Shown here piece by piece: positions 26,918 through 32,000 of a DNA stretch of 32,000 nucleotides. The notes beneath the pieces were generated by a model, which saw only the letters and a program-made list of their open reading frames with translations, searched no databases and was not told where the DNA came from. Origin of the DNA: Candidatus Methanoperedens sp. (GTDB lineage: Archaea > Halobacteriota > Methanosarcinia > Methanosarcinales > Methanoperedenaceae); NCBI GenBank assembly GCA_027460535.1, contig JAPZAR010000010.1, positions 161,144-193,143 of the forward strand. Reading direction: 5' to 3'. The stretch's first letter is position 1. Each line of letters starts with the position of its first letter. A program made the position numbers and the translations under genes.

Positions 26918-28588
26918 TTATCCATTAACAGTTACTTTCCCTACCTCTAATCTTCCCATCGTAACATCGCCTGGATAGAATGCATATGACCCGTTCACGG
27001 GGATATCATAATATTCCTTGTGATCCAGTGCACCGGCCCCATTGAAGTAATTCAACAATGGTGATGATGCTCCATTTACGGCTGACACTACGACTTCAGC
27101 ATCCCATTCGCCACTTGAATCATACTGAGGCACAACAAGGTCTTTTACTGCGTCTGTATCCTTGAGCAGATTAAATGCCATTATGCCTCTGGTATTCCAT
27201 GTTCCCGGAGCAAAGTTGACGATACGTTCCTCACCAACTACCAGATTATCCGAATGGATCAGCATTTTGCCATATAACAGGCCGCTGTCTCCGGGAACAA
27301 TAGTTAGAGTTCCGTTCACCGGAACCGGCTGGTTGGTTGTCATATAGAGCGTTCCATTGAGGTATAGATAATCCAGCTTTACATTTGCTCCTGTCCCCGA
27401 AATATCTGATATTAACACTACCGAGTACCAGCCAAGGGTATCTTTTCTGCCATCGTATATCGGAACTATCAATTCTTTACTGGCATCGCTCTGTTTAGTC
27501 ATTGAATCTGACATAAGATCATATGCGTTCCAGGTACCCGGGGTGAAATAGACGATACGTTTCTCGGCTACTACAGGGCTAGTTGATGTGATCTTTACCT
27601 TGCCAAGTAATTGACCGCTGTCACCAGGGGTTAAGACATAGGTGCCATTCACTGGAACAACGGCAGTGACAGGGGAGCCATAAGATGTTCCAGCATCATT
27701 GTAGTAATTTATGGTAAGAGTAGCACCTGTTCCGAGGACATCTGTCACAAGGATCGCTGTGTACCAGCCTGCAGTATCCTTTCTGCTGTCATACTGACCG
27801 AAGAACTGAGTTGCAGCACTTCCTCTTTCGGGCATCAGAGTGGACATAATGCCTCTTGAGGTCCAGGTGCCAGGTATGAAACTCACGATGCGTTTCTCTG
27901 CTGCTACTGGATTGTTCGATTTTATCACAACTCTTCCCATTAACAATCCGCTGTCCCCGGGGGCTAGAGTAAACGTGCCGTTCACTGGAACCACACCGTT
28001 GGCTGTACTGTAGGGAGTTCCGTTATCGTATAGGTAATTTATAGCCAGATTCGCACCAGTTCCATAGACATCTGAAACCAGGATAGCTGTGTAATAACCT
28101 GCAATATCTTTTCTGCTGTCGTATTGGCCGGAGAATTCAGTGCCAATATCAGAAGGTCTTGGCAATTGAGATGCCATGGTGGATGTGATTGTACCCCCGG
28201 TATAAGAGCTGATCCAAATGATACCAACCATTTTTGCATTGAGACTCAAGGTAAAATCCTTAATTGTATCAGGTGGAGATGCCGTTACGGTTATCTGGCT
28301 TTTATTAGTTGCGTATCCAATCGCACTTGCGCTTATATTATATGTACCGATCGGTACATTCGGCATTGTATAAGTTCCATCTGGAGCCGTAGTAGCATTA
28401 TACTGCGGATAATCCACAAGCTTAACCAGTGCATCCTTTATTCCGACACCACTTGTAGTATAGACTCCCGCAGATGCTACTAACGCGCCAGGGATCATTG
28501 CAAAATATATTATAGCCAAAAATGCTATTATAGCAATCCCTGCTGCAATCCGCTTATATCTGTCTGCAATATCTCTCATTATTTTCAT
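26918..28588 (-). CDS. Secreted/anchored surface protein: N-terminal TM or signal, a CarboxypepD_reg-like domain, then four copies of an unnamed ~111-aa repeat
   Basis: IAAGIAIIAFLAIIYFAMIPGALVASAG (signal/anchor). DGTYTMPNVPIGTYNISASAIGYA (CarboxypepD_reg-like). The repeat anchors QYDSRKD, QYDSRKD, IYDGRKD and QYDSSGE sit at aa 155, 265, 377 and 488. The protein contains no Cys. Confidence 0.8.
   Translation of the reverse strand: MKIMRDIADRYKRIAAGIAIIAFLAIIYFAMIPGALVASAGVYTTSGVGIKDALVKLVDYPQYNATTAPDGTYTMPNVPIGTYNISASAIGYATNKSQITVTASPPDTIKDFTLSLNAKMVGIIWISSYTGGTITSTMASQLPRPSDIGTEFSGQYDSRKDIAGYYTAILVSDVYGTGANLAINYLYDNGTPYSTANGVVPVNGTFTLAPGDSGLLMGRVVIKSNNPVAAEKRIVSFIPGTWTSRGIMSTLMPERGSAATQFFGQYDSRKDTAGWYTAILVTDVLGTGATLTINYYNDAGTSYGSPVTAVVPVNGTYVLTPGDSGQLLGKVKITSTSPVVAEKRIVYFTPGTWNAYDLMSDSMTKQSDASKELIVPIYDGRKDTLGWYSVVLISDISGTGANVKLDYLYLNGTLYMTTNQPVPVNGTLTIVPGDSGLLYGKMLIHSDNLVVGEERIVNFAPGTWNTRGIMAFNLLKDTDAVKDLVVPQYDSSGEWDAEVVVSAVNGASSPLLNYFNGAGALDHKEYYDIPVNGSYAFYPGDVTMGRLEVGKVTVNG
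26921..28160 (-). repeat. Four tandem ~330-nt (110-112 aa) intragenic repeats
   Basis: The shared pattern is [FV]xxQYDxRKDxxGWYxxxLxSDxxGTGAxLxxxY...G....xPVNGTxxxxPGDSGxLxGxxxIxS..xVxxExRIVxFxPGTW. The fourth copy is more divergent. Confidence 0.8.
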
Positions 28589-28678
28589 GGCAACTTTCCT
28601 AGCCTATATATTCAATATCCCATGAACTGATAACTATTAAAACTTTCGTCTTGCCTCTTCACTTTTTATTCCTCGGTA

Positions 28679-29890
28679 TTATACATTCGTAACACTTCCT
28701 GTTATTGTCCCGGTCGGCTTCTTGACCAGTTCATTATCCTGCACCACAACAGCGCTCAATAAAGTCGAGACCGTTATCGTATTGTTCGTATAATACGTGG
28801 GATCGAGCCTGGCAGTAAGACCATATGTGCCCGCCGAAACGGCAAATGAATAGAACCCTGATGCATTGGTCGTAGTGGAAAGACAGGTGCTGGTGGATAC
28901 CGTCACCCCGGCGATGCCCGTTTTATTACTGCTGTCCATCACTGTGCCGTTAATGAACCTTATAGTCGGAAGTATCGTGGTTGCAGTATGCGTCACCAAG
29001 GTAGCATTTTGGTTGCCATTAGTATCAACTGTCCTTGTGCCGATGGTGTATGTTCCCGGGGCAACAATGGCGCTGTAATACTGTGCTCCTTTTAATACAT
29101 CGTTCTGGTATACTCCATCCAGATAGACCATGACTTTAGCGAAATCAGGATCTGAGGGGTCGGTCCATGTCCAGTTGATGAAGGTCAGGGTGTTAATCAT
29201 GTTTGCCAGATTTGTGATGCTGGCTGGTGGGATGGTATCGCCTGATGGGGTTTCGGTCACTGAGATATTTCCAGATTGGGTACCTTTTAAACCTCCCTTA
29301 TCTCCAAAGTAAATTTTCATTCTTGTTTTGGATAAACTTCCATTCTTTGATATCCTTAATCCAAGTTTTGCCCCTCCTGGAACTGTACCATGTATGGATT
29401 TTAATGATATATTGTAATCGTTGCCTGTGTCTTCGGGTACGGTAATGACGCTGCTGCCTGAGAGGGGGATTATCGTTCCATCTGTCAGAACATATATCAG
29501 TTTAAATGTAAAAGTCCCATCACCATTCCTATTTACGGATAAACGCCCAGAATACCAATTTCCCTGCACAAAAGTATTTTCCTTATAAGAATTATTGAAA
29601 AACATATCCACCGCAGGGTCCAGTGAATAAGAATCGTGAAAGGTATTGGAACAATTTGACTTGCCTTGATCAGTAAGCAATGTTTTTGTATATGCGCCAG
29701 GATGTTTGCTGCAACTCCCCCAGTTTGTTGTTATGCCCGGGGCGATCCACACACCATTACTATTTTTCCATGTATACACTGTTGCGCTCCCAGCATTGCT
29801 CAGCAAAATTATTGCAAATAATAATACAAGGCCTGCACTCATTGTTCTTTTTAATGTAGAAACTACTTTGATTCGATCGCCTGCTAACAT
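28679..29890 (-). CDS. Secreted surface protein with an Fn3-like module and a C-terminal CarboxypepD_reg-like module
   Basis: Signal-like MSAGLVLLFAIILLSNAGSA. PPASITNLANMINTLTFINWTWTDPSDPDFAKVMVYLDG (the Fn3-like module common in methanogen surface proteins). C-terminal GIAGVTVS..TNASGFYSFAVSAGTYGLTA..KPTGTITGSVTNV. The start is uncertain: TTG at 29905, ATG at 29890 or ATG at 29842. Confidence 0.75.
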   Translation of the reverse strand: MLAGDRIKVVSTLKRTMSAGLVLLFAIILLSNAGSATVYTWKNSNGVWIAPGITTNWGSCSKHPGAYTKTLLTDQGKSNCSNTFHDSYSLDPAVDMFFNNSYKENTFVQGNWYSGRLSVNRNGDGTFTFKLIYVLTDGTIIPLSGSSVITVPEDTGNDYNISLKSIHGTVPGGAKLGLRISKNGSLSKTRMKIYFGDKGGLKGTQSGNISVTETPSGDTIPPASITNLANMINTLTFINWTWTDPSDPDFAKVMVYLDGVYQNDVLKGAQYYSAIVAPGTYTIGTRTVDTNGNQNATLVTHTATTILPTIRFINGTVMDSSNKTGIAGVTVSTSTCLSTTTNASGFYSFAVSAGTYGLTARLDPTYYTNNTITVSTLLSAVVVQDNELVKKPTGTITGSVTNV

Positions 29891-29985
29891 CAATATCCTA
29901 TCCAACTTTTTTAAATAGAAACCATATTTATAATGGCATAGCTCAAATAAATGTGATAGATACCTTACTATATTAATTTATCGTC

Positions 29986-30030
29986 TATAAATTATACATA
30001 TATAAATTATACATATATGTATATATATAC
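29986..30030. repeat. Exact 15-nt tandem duplication followed by a TA-rich tract, in the upstream region of the 408-aa gene
   Basis: TATAAATTATACATA at 29986-30000 is repeated exactly at 30001-30015, and is followed by TATGTATATATATAC. Confidence 0.85.
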
Positions 30031-30044
30031 TTATGATTATGACC

Positions 30045-30290
30045 ATAGAAAAGATTGAGACCCTTGTAATTCCTGTTAGAGTACCCGTCGGGCTCTTGAC
30101 CGGCTCAATATCCTGCGTCACAAATGCGCTCAACACAGCCGTTACGGTATTAATAACATAATCCTCAGGATCGAACCTGCTGCAAGATCATATTATGCCT
30201 GAGGTTTCGGCTAACGAATAGAACCCGGATGCATCAGTCGCCGTGGGAACGTTCGTGTCAGCATCTGCAGTTGCTGTTTTGTATTTCTAC
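30045..30290 (-). pseudogene. Decayed fragment of a surface-protein C-terminal CarboxypepD_reg-like module
   Basis: The minus-strand translation ..KTATADADTNVPTATDASGFYSLAETSGII*SCSRFDPEDYVINTVTAVLSAFVTQDIEPVKSPTGTLTGITRV aligns with the C-terminus of the 408-aa protein (TTTNASGFYSFAVSAGTYGLTARLDPTYY..KKPTGTITGSVTNV). It has in-frame TGA and TAG stops and no upstream body. Confidence 0.6.
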
Positions 30291-30567
30291 GTGTACTGTG
30301 AGATCTCTGTTGTCGGTTTCGATTCGGCTCTGTTGCTTCGGGTGCTTTCTCATCACGGATCAGAAGAACATAAGCCTCCTTCGAATCTTTGCCATACGTG
30401 GTCGATAGCGGTTTTAAGTACTCCTTAATAAAAATAGGCAATGTAATTTTTCATAATGTTAGTTTCTTCAGGGCATTTTATGTTGAAGTTGCTAATTTTT
30501 GTGGCAACCTGCAATATCCTGTTGTGTAGAGGATGATTGCCTGAAGTAATTCTTCAGGAGACTAAGT

Positions 30568-31089
30568 ATGACAGAGAATATCCACAGGGGATTTGTATCC
30601 GAATTTATTTACATTATGAGGCTGCTCACTATCTTTACCGCAGAAAGGATTAATCTGCAGCACGTTCTATATTTTACGGCATTCCTCGCCTTTGGCATAG
30701 GCGATGGTATTACTGCAGCATTCATGATGGATAAGAGCGGGATCGGGATCGAAGTAAATCCGATCGCAGGATTTTTATTCATGACGCAGGGTTTTTATGG
30801 CTTTGTGATAGCCAAGATCTGGCTTACTTTCGCATTGCTGCTTGGAACTCATATTCTTCAGCTTAGATCACCTGGATACTGGACTATTAATGGGTTTTTG
30901 ATTGCCCTTACGTCGATAGGGCTGATGGCTGTAAAGGCAAACCTCACTGCGACCGCAGGCGGAATCCCTGAATCTCCGGGTACAATAATATTCACATACC
31001 TGGTTCTGACCCTCGTTCTGATCGAGGTGGGAAGTCTTATAGACGAGCATAAGGCAAGAACAGCAGGATACTATTCTGAGACAGTTTAA
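30568..31089 (+). CDS. Hypothetical integral membrane protein (4-5 TM; possibly DUF5658-like)
   Basis: AGGAG lies 7 nt upstream of the ATG. FGIGDGITAAFMMDKSGIGIEVNPIAGF (the D..T...E.NP pattern) is followed by hydrophobic helices. The family assignment is tentative. Confidence 0.6.
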   Translation: MTENIHRGFVSEFIYIMRLLTIFTAERINLQHVLYFTAFLAFGIGDGITAAFMMDKSGIGIEVNPIAGFLFMTQGFYGFVIAKIWLTFALLLGTHILQLRSPGYWTINGFLIALTSIGLMAVKANLTATAGGIPESPGTIIFTYLVLTLVLIEVGSLIDEHKARTAGYYSETV

Positions 31090-31169
31090 ATGAGATAAAA
31101 ATTCGCTTTTACCTCTCAACCGGAAAATCGATGCTGTATATTGCCCTCAAAATTAAGTTCAGGCTGCTA

Positions 31170-31200
31170 TTGGATGGTCCGGGGTGACCGGACCAACCAA
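31170..31200. other. Strong 13-bp hairpin (one mismatch)
   Basis: TTGGATGGTCCGG ggtga CCGGACCAACCAA, with arms at 31170-31182 and 31188-31200. It begins about 80 nt downstream of the stop of the 30568-31089 gene. Confidence 0.5.
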
Positions 31201-31501
31201 TACAAAGCATTCTTTGATGGCGAAAGCGATCTGGCTAACAATTCTCCTGTCTTGATTGCCCTTGCCTCCTGACCTTCCGTTTCGGTAGTACACTGCATTT
31301 CAAGGTTCACCCTTGTGCCCCGCTGCACCAATACGCCTGCGTTGTAGAAATTAATCGCACGCTGCGCGCAATATTCTTTATATCGTTTCTGTGTTGATAT
31401 TTACGATGCTAATATTCGGGCATATCCTTATTTTGTAGCCGTTATACGCACCTATCGGTACTGAAGTGATCGAATATGAGCCATCAAAGAACCAAGCTAA
31501 A

Positions 31502-31521
31502 TTGAATTGTGAACAATTCAA
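31502..31521 (-). terminator. AT-rich hairpin downstream of the partial surface-protein gene
   Basis: A perfect 8-bp stem TTGAATTG/CAATTCAA with a 4-nt loop, about 33 nt after the stop at 31554. Confidence 0.3.
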
Positions 31522-31553
31522 CCTAACAAATGCCACAGCACTGAACTTCTGTC

Positions 31554-32000
31554 TTATGCATCAGTGACCGTGCCGCTTATCGTTCCCGTGGGCCTAAGGG
31601 TCAGGATAATATTTTGAACTACAGTAGTACGTGCCACGACAGTCACGCTTACGCTACTATTGGGATAATTCTGAGGTTCTTTGCTAGCCGTTAACTGATA
31701 GGTACCAGCTACTAAATTCAAGGAATAGAACCCGGTCTCGTTCGTTGTTGTGGAAACACCCGTGTTGGTAGTTATTGTTGCACCTGCAATGTTACCCAGG
31801 GTTCCATAGACAGTCCCGTTATCAAACCCTGCTGGTTGAACTATAGTAAGCTGCCTGCTTACAACACTGCTCCACCGGCCGTTCAGCGGATAGTATGGTT
31901 TGGATGGATCAGTCCTCGGTGCTGAAGCCATGCCTTTGACATTAACCGTATATGTACCATTGAGGTTTGAAGTATTTATGCTGGCGTAAACAGGTTGGTT
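31554..32000 (-). CDS. Surface protein, 5'-partial (continues beyond the window), with a C-terminal CarboxypepD_reg-like module
   Basis: The frame is open from 31931 to the window edge (..NQPVYASINTSNLNGTYTVNVKG MASAP..). The C-terminus, GATITTNTGVSTTTNETGFYSLNLVAGTYQLTAS..RPTGTISGTVTDA, is paralogous to the end of the 408-aa protein. Confidence 0.7.
   Translation of the reverse strand, partial: NQPVYASINTSNLNGTYTVNVKGMASAPRTDPSKPYYPLNGRWSSVVSRQLTIVQPAGFDNGTVYGTLGNIAGATITTNTGVSTTTNETGFYSLNLVAGTYQLTASKEPQNYPNSSVSVTVVARTTVVQNIILTLRPTGTISGTVTDA

Noticed and set aside
30211-30441. A 76-aa minus-strand ORF and a 61-aa plus-strand ORF.
   Set aside because: Both are Arg/Gln/Thr-rich and low-complexity. 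The region is adjacent to, and partly overlaps, the decayed surface-protein fragment in another frame, so it is most likely non-functional.

Overview
This window looks archaeal. The S-layer duplication domains and a multihaem c-type cytochrome suggest a Methanosarcinales-like organism, possibly of the ANME-2/Methanoperedens type, but that taxonomy is inference only.

Layout:
- 2-2935: a 5'-partial S-layer protein with two tandem duplication domains.
- 2998-7031: membrane proteins. These include a CorA-like channel with an N-terminal voltage-sensor-like four-helix module, and a membrane-anchored hexahaem cytochrome.
- 7268-26576: a roughly 19 kb surface-glycan biosynthesis and export locus. It holds a GT2 polyprenyl-phosphate-sugar-synthase-like enzyme, six GT4-type glycosyltransferases, a GT-C-like polytopic protein and a decayed aglB (STT3) remnant. 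It also holds a Wzm/Wzt-like ABC exporter with a Wzt C-terminal domain, a B12-binding radical SAM enzyme, Gmd, a class I methyltransferase and a radical SAM/SPASM enzyme.
- 26918-32000: secreted, sequon-rich surface proteins and decayed fragments of them.

Base composition is strongly mosaic. Hand counts of single 60-nt lines range from about 28-35% to about 68% G+C, and two of the breakpoints fall inside genes.

I found no CRISPR array, transposase, rRNA or convincing tRNA.

The most unusual items are:
- the ABC-dependent glycan module, with a candidate terminator methyltransferase and radical SAM enzymes;
- the voltage-sensor-like/CorA fusion, which carries GEN in place of GMN;
- an unnamed ~111-aa module repeated four times in a secreted protein;
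- a roughly 60% G+C, hairpin-dense non-coding island upstream of the exporter;
- the inactivated oligosaccharyltransferase.

All family assignments come from motif recognition by eye. No database search was run.
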